IMG/VR virus record: IMGVR_UViG_3300037042_002251
Strand: one strand, 5' to 3'
Length of the DNA stretch: 20,000 nt
Source of the DNA: an uncultured virus (IMG/VR IMGVR_UViG_3300037042_002251)
Lineage: Duplodnaviria; Heunggongvirae; Uroviricota; Caudoviricetes
Part shown: one piece after another, positions 7,698 through 14,735 of the stretch
Numbering within the stretch: position 1 is the stretch's first letter
Layout: each line of letters starts with the position of its first letter
Notes under the pieces: generated by a model
What the model saw: the letters and a program-made list of their open reading frames with translations, nothing else
Databases searched by the model: none
What the model was told of the DNA's origin: nothing
Made by a program: the position numbers and the translations under genes

Positions 7698-7889
7698 ATG
7701 GCCTCGAACCCTACCCCTGAGTGGGAGCCCGGAGTGCTCATCGAGCACAACGGCATCCCTATGACGGTTGAACGAGTGGAGTACGACGAGTGGCTCGGAG
7801 AGCAAGTCGTCATTCTCTACTGCTCGGACAACCGCTGCGTCATCGTGTCCGAACGAACCAAGAGGAGCACCCATGAAGCCCACGCTTGA
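7698..7889 (+). CDS. Hypothetical protein, 63 aa
   Basis: Follows P3; EWEPGVLI resembles the N-termini of the 1177 and 2012 proteins. Confidence 0.65.
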   Translation: MASNPTPEWEPGVLIEHNGIPMTVERVEYDEWLGEQVVILYCSDNRCVIVSERTKRSTHEAHA

Positions 7890-8322
7890 TTTCACCCAAG
7901 ACGGCCTCCGGCACCGGAAGTGGGTGTTTCCCGCTTTCTTCTGCGGAGTGAAGAACTGCTGCGAGGGAAAGCCGGTAGACCAGTACTCCTCGCACGGCAT
8001 CAGTACGGAGCGGTGGCTCTACTGCGTGGGAGACAACCCCTACGCCGTGTCTATGGAAGTCTCGACGGGTCAATACCTGCCGGAGACCCAGCAGTCGAAC
8101 CAGCCGCCCTCGGCATGGGACATGTCGTGGCATCGCAGCGCAGAGGAGGGCATCTCCTCGAACTGCCTGTGCCTGTCGGAGACTTCCTGCAACTCAGACG
8201 GCACGACTCTCGGCGCGTCGGAGTGGTTCACGCAGCAGCAGGCGAAGCACGGTACGGTCACCGACGACCATGTGTTCACGTTCCTCCGCACTAGCCTCTA
8301 CCCGAACTGGAAGGAGGCGTAA
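7873..8322 (+). CDS. Cys-rich hypothetical protein, 149 aa
   Basis: RBS GAGGAG before ATG 7873; TAATG overlap with the next gene. Confidence 0.7.
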   Translation: MKPTLDFTQDGLRHRKWVFPAFFCGVKNCCEGKPVDQYSSHGISTERWLYCVGDNPYAVSMEVSTGQYLPETQQSNQPPSAWDMSWHRSAEEGISSNCLCLSETSCNSDGTTLGASEWFTQQQAKHGTVTDDHVFTFLRTSLYPNWKEA

Positions 8323-8579
8323 TGCTCCGTGTGAAGTCAGAAGAGCGCAAGACGGTCCTCAACAGCGACGTGAAGGGAATCTACGAGGTCACTCTCATTC
8401 CCGAGAAGGTCGCAAGCATCGAAGAACTCTCCGCTGCGCTGAAGGTCGTCGAGGCGTGGCGCGAGGCTGCCGTAGATGCTCTCCGGGTTCGAGCCAACTA
8501 CGCGGATTGGACGGAGGTGGAGTTTCTGCCCCGTCCTGACCATGTGAAGGTCACCATCAAGCAGGGGATGTGTGGATGA
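8322..8579 (+). CDS. Hypothetical protein, 85 aa
   Basis: RBS AAGGAGG; coupled overlaps. Confidence 0.7.
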   Translation: MLRVKSEERKTVLNSDVKGIYEVTLIPEKVASIEELSAALKVVEAWREAAVDALRVRANYADWTEVEFLPRPDHVKVTIKQGMCG

Positions 8580-8989
8580 GGGGGTGGGTCGGAGGAGGGC
8601 TCCTGTGCGAGTGGCTCTCCAAGCCCGATGAGCGCACGTTCGCCCTGCCTGTTGTGGACAACAACTTCACGTACGCCTCGCTCACGCTCGCACGCCTTCA
8701 CGAGAGCCACGAGACCGTCACGTTGGTCTCTCGCAGCCCGGAGGTGGCGTACAAGATGCCCGAGGATGGCGTCGTTGAGACCATCCACGGTCGGTGGCCC
8801 GCTCCGTTCGACAGCCTCGCCGCCCTTGCTCGCGGTGAGGTGAGCGGAGTGTCGAGGGGTCGGCTCCTCTACAACGCGTACTGGCACGCGCTGTCCCATT
8901 CTCCCGCACTTCGACGCTGGGTCGCGGAGCAGTATCCGGACTACTGGAAGTCCCTCGTCCTTTCGTTTCCTGCTATGGGAGCAGAATGA
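8576..8989 (+). CDS. Hypothetical protein, 137 aa
   Basis: ATGA overlaps at both ends; coupled to the sirtuin gene. Confidence 0.65.
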   Translation: MRGWVGGGLLCEWLSKPDERTFALPVVDNNFTYASLTLARLHESHETVTLVSRSPEVAYKMPEDGVVETIHGRWPAPFDSLAALARGEVSGVSRGRLLYNAYWHALSHSPALRRWVAEQYPDYWKSLVLSFPAMGAE

Positions 8990-9786
8990 ACGCAGCCCAA
9001 CGGGCCTTCCGCGATGCGGAGGTCGTCATCGTGACCACAGGAGCCGGGATGGGCGTGGACTCGGGGCTACCCGACTTCCGGGGCCCCGAGGGCTTCTGGC
9101 GGGCGTACCCGGCTCTCCGTGACCTCGACTTGTCGTTCGAGGAGATTGCGACGCCAATGTGGTTCGAGCGTGACCCGCGCCTCGCGTGGGGGTTCTACGG
9201 TCACCGGCTCAACCTCTACCGTCAGACGCGCCCGCACGCGGGGTACACGATGCTCCAAGACGGCATCGGGAGCCGTCCACACTTCGCGCTCACGACCAAC
9301 GTGGATGGTGCGCTCCAGAAGTCCGGGTGGCCTCCGTTCCATGTCTACGAGATGCACGGTCGCATCAACACGTTTCAATGCACGGTCTGCGATTACGCTC
9401 CGTGGGACGGCAGCCACGTCAACATCAAGGTCAGCAGCAAACTGCGCCTCGTCGGCAAACTGCCGACCTGTCCGGAGTGTGGCTCCGTGGCCCGACCAAA
9501 CATTATGATGTTCGATGACCCCTACTTTGACCCGACTGTGAACCAGCAACAGTCCTCGCGCTACCGCACGTGGATGAACCGGCACCGCTCGAACATGCGT
9601 GGCGTCGTGGTCGTAGAGATTGGGGCAGGAAAGGCCATCCCGACGCTCCGGCGCATGGGTGGGATGCTGGAAGAGGACGGCGCGACCCTCATTCGCATCA
9701 ACCTCCGGGAGGCCGAAGGGTCGCCCCGTACGATTTCGGTCCCGATGACCGGACTTCAGGGCATACGTATGTTGACGGAGCCGTAG
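8986..9786 (+). CDS. cobB: Sir2/CobB-family NAD+-dependent deacylase (sirtuin), 266 aa
   Basis: GAGMGVDSGLPDFRG, TTNVDG, catalytic HG, Zn-binding CTVC and CPEC, RPNIMMFDD, EIGAG, RINL motifs. Confidence 0.93.
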   Translation: MNAAQRAFRDAEVVIVTTGAGMGVDSGLPDFRGPEGFWRAYPALRDLDLSFEEIATPMWFERDPRLAWGFYGHRLNLYRQTRPHAGYTMLQDGIGSRPHFALTTNVDGALQKSGWPPFHVYEMHGRINTFQCTVCDYAPWDGSHVNIKVSSKLRLVGKLPTCPECGSVARPNIMMFDDPYFDPTVNQQQSSRYRTWMNRHRSNMRGVVVVEIGAGKAIPTLRRMGGMLEEDGATLIRINLREAEGSPRTISVPMTGLQGIRMLTEP

Positions 9787-9800
9787 GGCGTGGTTATTCT
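9772..9800 (+). promoter_or_regulatory. Sigma70-like promoter P4 (TTGACG-N17-TATTCT)
   Basis: 17-nt spacer; upstream of the HTH gene; followed by inverted repeat GGTGCC-N8-GGCACC at 9804-9823. Confidence 0.7.
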
Positions 9801-9823
9801 CAAGGTGCCATCAAGGAGGCACC

Positions 9824-10099
9824 ATGCGAACTGACGACGAAGCGAACTTTCTCCGTACTGTGGGCAACCGCATCAAGCGTATCCGTGAGATGCAGGGTCA
9901 CACGGCAGCCGACCTCGGCGTAAAGTTGGGGATGAACCCTGCGTCCGCTGCGACCGGAGTAATCCAGATTGAGAGCGGCAAGCACGGCACGCAGATTGAC
10001 ACGCTCTACCGTGTGGCCAACGCCCTCGGAGTGACCCCCGGCTTGCTGCTCGACGGTGGCGAGGTTGAGTTGCGGGTCGTGAAGCGCGAGAAGGTGTGA
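9824..10099 (+). CDS. XRE/Cro-C1 family helix-turn-helix regulator, 91 aa
   Basis: VGNRIKRIREMQGHTAADLG...IQIESGKHGTQIDTLYRVANALGVTPGLLL; RBS AAGGAGG. Confidence 0.9.
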   Translation: MRTDDEANFLRTVGNRIKRIREMQGHTAADLGVKLGMNPASAATGVIQIESGKHGTQIDTLYRVANALGVTPGLLLDGGEVELRVVKREKV

Positions 10100-10293
10100 T
10101 GTACCGGCTGACCGGGCCCTCCGTGGACCTCGAAATCGAGGTTCGTGAGGACGGCAGGGCCCGTTGGTACGGTCGCATCGGAGAGAGCAACGGAGGAAGT
10201 GAGGGTTGGATTTCGATTGAACGCCTCGCATCAATGGTTGTGCGATACGTTCGCTCGCATGAACGTCCTCCTGCTGAAGAACGCCACGACTGA
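10096..10293 (+). CDS. Hypothetical protein, about 65 aa
   Basis: GTGA/TGATG overlap with the HTH stop. Confidence 0.55.
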   Translation: MMYRLTGPSVDLEIEVREDGRARWYGRIGESNGGSEGWISIERLASMVVRYVRSHERPPAEERHD

Positions 10294-10504
10294 CAACGAA
10301 CTGCTCTGGCCGTGGGAGCAGCACAACACGCTCCGTGTGGATTTGGACTTTCATGCCAAGTCCTGCGGAGCGTGTACTTTGGTGGACAACCGAATCTTCG
10401 ATACGCACATCTCGCAGGACACCATCTCCGTGAACTGTCCGGAGGGTGTGCGGCTCGGTCAGGCGCTACTCCGGGCGAAGTCAATCATCGTCGGGCGGGT
10501 TTGA
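10259..10504 (+). CDS. Hypothetical protein, about 81 aa (start uncertain)
   Basis: Fills the gap before P5; its TGA stop lies inside the P5 -35 box; no clear RBS. Confidence 0.5.
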   Translation: MNVLLLKNATTDNELLWPWEQHNTLRVDLDFHAKSCGACTLVDNRIFDTHISQDTISVNCPEGVRLGQALLRAKSIIVGRV

Positions 10505-10529
10505 CGGCTGACGAAGTGGGTGCTATGCG
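10501..10529 (+). promoter_or_regulatory. Sigma70-like promoter P5 (TTGACG-N17-TATGCG, TGn extended -10), likely leaderless, drives the polymerase
   Basis: 17-nt spacer; GCTGAC box; ATG 10536 is 6 nt downstream; shares GGTTTGACGGCTGAC with P2. Confidence 0.75.
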
Positions 10530-10535
10530 TCGTGC

Positions 10536-13247
10536 ATGAGCGTAGACCCTCGACACCTCGGCGCGAACTGCGATGCCTGCCCACTCAAGGACTGCGGTCC
10601 GCCTGTCATGCCGGAGGACAACCCGGGGGCTCGGTTCGCCGTCGTGTCGGACTGTGCCTCGGACCATGAGCAACGCGAGGGGAGGCCCGTCGTGGGCCCC
10701 GCAGGGAGCCTGTTCACGCAGATGATGTCCTCTGCGGGCGCGAAGCGTAAGGACGTGCATTGGAACATGGTCGCTCTGTGCCGCCCGCCCGACAACGACA
10801 TGGGTCGTCTCGTGGAGCGCATCCGAAAGGCCAATCAGAAGGTCACGAAGGAGAACGCGGAGCGCAAGAAGGTGGGGCTCGATGCCCTGCCTCTTGAGTT
10901 GACCCCTGCGGAGTGCTGCGCGCCTCGTCTGTGGCGTGACCTCTCGAAGTTCGAGAACTTCATCGCGGTGGGCAGCATGGCGACCCGTGTGCTCGTCCAC
11001 GCGACGGCCAGCGTAATGAGCATCCGAGGGGCCCCTACGGAGGTGGACAAGTTCGGGCGGACCATCAAGGTCATGCCCGTCCTGCATCCCTCGTTCGTCA
11101 TTCGCGCCCAGCGGTGGCGGCACGTCCTTCAGAACGACATGAACCGTGCGGTGCGCTGGTTCCGTGGGGCGATGAAGTGGAAGCCCCCGGAGATTCTGTA
11201 CCACCCGGACGCCTACACCCTTCGCAAGTTCCTCGCGGACCCGAACGTGCCGTACTGGACGTACGACGTGGAGACCGACGGCATCGAGAGCCTCACGGCA
11301 AACCTCCGCTGCATTGGCATCGGGACGCCCGAGAAGGTCGTCATCGTCGGCTACGCGCCCATCAAGGAGGGCGACCCGCCGTTCTACACGAACGCCGAGC
11401 AGCACGCCGTGACGGAGGTCCTCAAGGAGTTCTTCGCGGACCCGAAGCGGCTCAAGGCCGGGCACAACGCGGGCGTGTACGACAAGTTGGTCATTGAGAA
11501 CCACCTCGGGGTCACTCCGACCCCCATCCTCGACACCATCCTGCTCCACCGTCTCGTAGAGGCGGAGTTGCCCCACAACCTCGGGTTCGTTGGTAGTATG
11601 TATACTGACGCGCCATCATGGAAAACTGATAGAGAGGGACGCAAACTAGCCTATGGCTCGGAGACGGACCACGAACTGCACGAGTACTGCGCCTACGACG
11701 TTGCGGTGACCGCTGCGGTCGTGCCGCAGTTGTTCGAGCAGACGCGCCTCCGCGAGCAGGACCACATCATCCAGAGCGACCATGCCATTCAGGTGGTGTG
11801 TGCGGAGATGCACAAGGTCGGCATGTTCGTGGACCAAGAGGTGCGGGGTGAGTGGGAGAAGAAACTGGTGGGGCTCGTCGAGAAGCACAAGACGGCTCTC
11901 CGGGAAATCTCGGGAATGGAGAGGTTGAACCCGGGCTCCACGTTCCAACTCCGTGACCTCCTGTTCGAGAAGTGGCGTCTGGAGCCTCCCGTCGAGGACG
12001 AGGTGCGCTTCACGACCTCGGGTGACCCGTCCACGAGTGACGAGGTTCTCCGGGCGTGCCTGACCATCAAGGGCCTCGATGAGGTTCAGCGTGGGGCCAT
12101 TCAGCACCTCCGGTACTTCCGCAAGGCGCAGAAGTTGCTCGGCACCTACGTCGTCAAACTCCGCTACAACACCGACCTTGCCGAAGAGGGCTGGGACGAC
12201 GACGAGGAAGCGTCGGAGCGTGAGAGCCGTCAGATGTACGGTGACGAGAAGCGGGGCATCGTGGACCCCCGCACGGGACGGATGCACCCCGGGTACAACC
12301 CGCACGTGGCCGTCACGGGACGCCTCTCCAGCAGCAAGCCCATCAACGCCCAGAACTTCCCGGCCAAACTCCGCAACATGGTCAAGGCGCAGCCGGGGCA
12401 TGTCCTCGTCGGGGCGGACGCCGACCAGTTGGAACTCCGCATCGCGGCGTCGCGGTGGGAGAGCAAACTGTACCTCGACGCTCTGGCTGCCGGAGCCGAC
12501 CCTCACGCCTCGACTGCCCTCACCGTGTTCGACGAGCGGTTCAAGACTGCCGAGGGCTACCCCGGAGGTCATTGGGACGGACGGCTCTTCATCCCGAACG
12601 GCGAGGGCAAGTGGGGCGGGGCTGCCAAGAACCTCCGCAACATCGCCAAGGGCGTGCAGTACTCGTCGCAGTATTGGGCCGAGGTCGAGACGGTTCACCG
12701 CGTCATCGCACAGACGGAGGTAGACAACGGGGATGGCACGACCACGCTGCCCTACCTCAACATCACGCTCCGCGAAGTCCGGATGATGCACAACAAGTGG
12801 CTCGACGGTGCCAAGTTCGCGGCAGGATGGGAGCGCGAGATGGAGACCTACCGCAACCACGGCTTCATCGCGGAGCCCGTCATGGGCCGTCGCAGGGATT
12901 TTCTGGACGGAGAATCGCGAAACGAGATTGTGAACTTCCCGATTCAGGCCAGCGGTGCGTCCCTGATGAACATCGCCCTGCTTCGGGTGGCGGAGCAAAT
13001 CCCGCTGCACAAGTGGGGAGCGGGAACCGGCATCATCAATCAATGCCACGACGCCATCGTGGTCGAGTGCCCGGCGGACGGGTGCGAGTTCGACCCGGAG
13101 ACGAAGAAGTGGAAGGTGCCGAAGGGCTCCATCCCGTGGCAGGTCAAGCACATCATCGAGGAGGCCATGAACCTTCAGCACAAGGGCCTTCCCAACGTCA
13201 AGTTCACCGCAACTGCGGAGATTGGTCTCCGCTGGAACGAGGTCTAG
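10536..13247 (+). CDS. polA: Phage family A DNA polymerase with N-terminal family-4 uracil-DNA-glycosylase-like domain and 3'-5' exonuclease, 903 aa
   Basis: UDG-like: CDAC, GRPVVGPAG, ALCRPPDN, CC, HPSFVIR. Exo I YDVETD, Exo II GHNAGVYD, Exo III YCAYD. Pol: TGRLSSSKPINAQN, motif A DADQLELR, motif B RNIAKGVQYSSQY, NFPIQASGA, motif C CHDA. Confidence 0.95.
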   Translation: MSVDPRHLGANCDACPLKDCGPPVMPEDNPGARFAVVSDCASDHEQREGRPVVGPAGSLFTQMMSSAGAKRKDVHWNMVALCRPPDNDMGRLVERIRKANQKVTKENAERKKVGLDALPLELTPAECCAPRLWRDLSKFENFIAVGSMATRVLVHATASVMSIRGAPTEVDKFGRTIKVMPVLHPSFVIRAQRWRHVLQNDMNRAVRWFRGAMKWKPPEILYHPDAYTLRKFLADPNVPYWTYDVETDGIESLTANLRCIGIGTPEKVVIVGYAPIKEGDPPFYTNAEQHAVTEVLKEFFADPKRLKAGHNAGVYDKLVIENHLGVTPTPILDTILLHRLVEAELPHNLGFVGSMYTDAPSWKTDREGRKLAYGSETDHELHEYCAYDVAVTAAVVPQLFEQTRLREQDHIIQSDHAIQVVCAEMHKVGMFVDQEVRGEWEKKLVGLVEKHKTALREISGMERLNPGSTFQLRDLLFEKWRLEPPVEDEVRFTTSGDPSTSDEVLRACLTIKGLDEVQRGAIQHLRYFRKAQKLLGTYVVKLRYNTDLAEEGWDDDEEASERESRQMYGDEKRGIVDPRTGRMHPGYNPHVAVTGRLSSSKPINAQNFPAKLRNMVKAQPGHVLVGADADQLELRIAASRWESKLYLDALAAGADPHASTALTVFDERFKTAEGYPGGHWDGRLFIPNGEGKWGGAAKNLRNIAKGVQYSSQYWAEVETVHRVIAQTEVDNGDGTTTLPYLNITLREVRMMHNKWLDGAKFAAGWEREMETYRNHGFIAEPVMGRRRDFLDGESRNEIVNFPIQASGASLMNIALLRVAEQIPLHKWGAGTGIINQCHDAIVVECPADGCEFDPETKKWKVPKGSIPWQVKHIIEEAMNLQHKGLPNVKFTATAEIGLRWNEV

Positions 13248-13249
13248 CC

Positions 13250-13516
13250 ATGAACAGCATCGACACGCTCCGTTCGGAAATCGACCGGATGGAGAACTAC
13301 ATCGGAGACTTGGAGGATGAGCGTGACGTTCTCCAGAAGAAGTTGAAGTCGGCGGAGGGTGCCGCAGAGGGCTCTCGCCATCTCGCGGAGGCTGTGCGGC
13401 TCTACCTCTCGTGGGTCGAGTTCGCGCCCCCGGCCATCGCCACCGATGCGTTCGAGGAGATTCGCCGCAACTTCCGGCAGGACGTGGAGCAGGCGCTCCG
13501 CGAAGTGGAGGGCTGA
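13250..13516 (+). CDS. Small coiled-coil protein, 88 aa
   Basis: ATG 2 nt after the polymerase stop, RBS GAGG; heptad-like N-terminus. Confidence 0.75.
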   Translation: MNSIDTLRSEIDRMENYIGDLEDERDVLQKKLKSAEGAAEGSRHLAEAVRLYLSWVEFAPPAIATDAFEEIRRNFRQDVEQALREVEG

Positions 13517-13942
13517 ATGGGCTATCGAGTGTTCATCGCAGCATCCAAGGACGCCGACCCGTTCAAGGTTGACGCCATCGCAGACGTTGCGAAGGAGAAG
13601 TTCGCCGCCGCTCTCTCGGAGAGGGGCATCGACGGCCTCGAAGTGGTGAAGGCTTCCGACGATTTCAACGCCAACTTCGCCCGCTGCGGGAGTTGGGACG
13701 CATGGATTAACGATGTGGCTCGCGGAGTGGACTACATGTTCCGAACGCCGCGCTACAACGCCATCGTCGTACTCACCGAGTACGTTGGCAAGGCAACGGC
13801 AAGCATTGTTCGTATCGCACTCCAACACGAACGCATGGTGGTTCTGATGGGTGAGAACGGAGGGTCGGAGCGTGTCATGGGTGTCGAGGAAATCGACGCC
13901 AACGACTTCAAGGGGGGTTGGCGTGTCATTCTTGACAACTGA
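13517..13942 (+). CDS. Alpha/beta protein, possible nucleoside 2-deoxyribosyltransferase/TIR-like flavodoxin fold, 141 aa
   Basis: RBS GGAGG; YRVFIAAS...AIVVLTEYVGKATASIVRIALQHERMVVLM pattern. The fold call is pattern inference. Confidence 0.7.
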   Translation: MGYRVFIAASKDADPFKVDAIADVAKEKFAAALSERGIDGLEVVKASDDFNANFARCGSWDAWINDVARGVDYMFRTPRYNAIVVLTEYVGKATASIVRIALQHERMVVLMGENGGSERVMGVEEIDANDFKGGWRVILDN

Positions 13943-13960
13943 CTTACTCAGCAGTACGAC
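13932..13960 (+). promoter_or_regulatory. Sigma70-like promoter P6 (TTGACA-N17-TACGAC)
   Basis: 17-nt spacer; ACTGAC box; overlapped by palindromes TGTCA-N4-TGACA (13924-13937) and CTGA-N5-TCAG (13939-13951). Confidence 0.65.
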
Positions 13961-13976
13961 ATCGGCAGGAGAAGCC

Positions 13977-14192
13977 ATGTTCGACCACACTACTGACCCA
14001 CTCGCACGAGCACAGTCCATTGTGACGTTGCTCCTTGAGAAGGGTTGGACGCACCAGAAGATTGCGGACGAGATGGGCGCACGCGTGTCCGCTCGGACCA
14101 TCTACCGGTGGGCCAAGGGCGAGCACGCTCCGCAGAACTTGAACGACCTCGTAGCACTCCAGCGTGTCGCGGAGCGGGCGACCGGCGAATAG
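13977..14192 (+). CDS. Cro-like helix-turn-helix protein, 71 aa
   Basis: RBS AGGAG; LLEKGWTHQKIADEMGARVSARTIYRWAKGEHAP. Confidence 0.85.
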   Translation: MFDHTTDPLARAQSIVTLLLEKGWTHQKIADEMGARVSARTIYRWAKGEHAPQNLNDLVALQRVAERATGE

Positions 14193-14201
14193 CATGGGGG
14201 A

Positions 14202-14672
14202 ATGAACCCCAAGACCAAGAAACTCCTCATTGGCGGAGCCGTCGTTGGCGGCTCCGTCGCCGCTTGGGTGGGCTTCCGTGCCTACGTTCGGAGCCAGACC
14301 GCGCGCACGCTCAACGAGAAGTACGGCTACGACGAGTTCATCGCCAAGGCGCGCAAACTGAAGAACTTCGGCATCGACGTGAACCTCCCCACGGCAGCGG
14401 AGTTCGCAGACAGCCTCGTTCGGACGTGGGACACCACGATGCCTGACAAGGCGTTCGAGGACATTCTGAAGAACGGTCGCAAGTCGGAGTACTGGCCCGA
14501 TGGCTATCGGGGCACGCAGTACAAGAAGATTGAGCCGTTCGTCCTCAAGGCTCTCTCCGGGGCGTACTACACGCCGGAAGGGACAGATACGAAGGAGATG
14601 GGCATCGCTGCGGCCTTCGCCCTGACGCAGGAACTCTCCGAGGAGTACCAGAAGTCCAAGCAGCGGCGCTAG
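14202..14672 (+). CDS. N-terminally membrane-anchored hypothetical protein, 156 aa
   Basis: KTKK followed by hydrophobic LLIGGAVVGGSVAAWVGF. Confidence 0.8.
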   Translation: MNPKTKKLLIGGAVVGGSVAAWVGFRAYVRSQTARTLNEKYGYDEFIAKARKLKNFGIDVNLPTAAEFADSLVRTWDTTMPDKAFEDILKNGRKSEYWPDGYRGTQYKKIEPFVLKALSGAYYTPEGTDTKEMGIAAAFALTQELSEEYQKSKQRR

Positions 14673-14685
14673 CGTTCACGACGTA

Positions 14686-14714
14686 TTGACAGTTGACGCA
14701 TGGGTGGGTAGGTT
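14686..14714 (+). promoter_or_regulatory. Sigma70-like promoter P7 (TTGACA-N17-TAGGTT)
   Basis: Intergenic; 17-nt spacer; GTTGAC box; shares GACGTATTGACAG with P1. Confidence 0.8.
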
Positions 14715-14735
14715 CTCCGGGCACCAAGGAGCACC

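Noticed and set aside
3949..8000. Minus-strand ORFs 3949..4992, 6791..7456 and 6999..8000
   Set aside because: Antisense to a tightly coupled plus-strand gene chain.
8986..9786. Sirtuin as a Thoeris/DSR/Sir2-HerA defence NADase
   Set aside because: It has the Zn module and classical deacylase motifs and lacks those systems' partner genes.
11588..11615. dif-like site (TGTATA matches the E. coli dif central hexamer, and a Xer gene is present)
   Set aside because: Flanking arms lack the ATAA/TTAT XerC/XerD cores; only the hexamer matches.
10485..13181. Long antisense ORFs 10485..11576 and 11646..13181
   Set aside because: Shadows of the high-GC3 polymerase gene; no recognisable motifs.
12455..13249. 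Upstream extension of the 353-aa ORF overlapping the polymerase
   Set aside because: Arg/Gly-rich off-frame sequence; the plausible start is ATG 13250 with an RBS.
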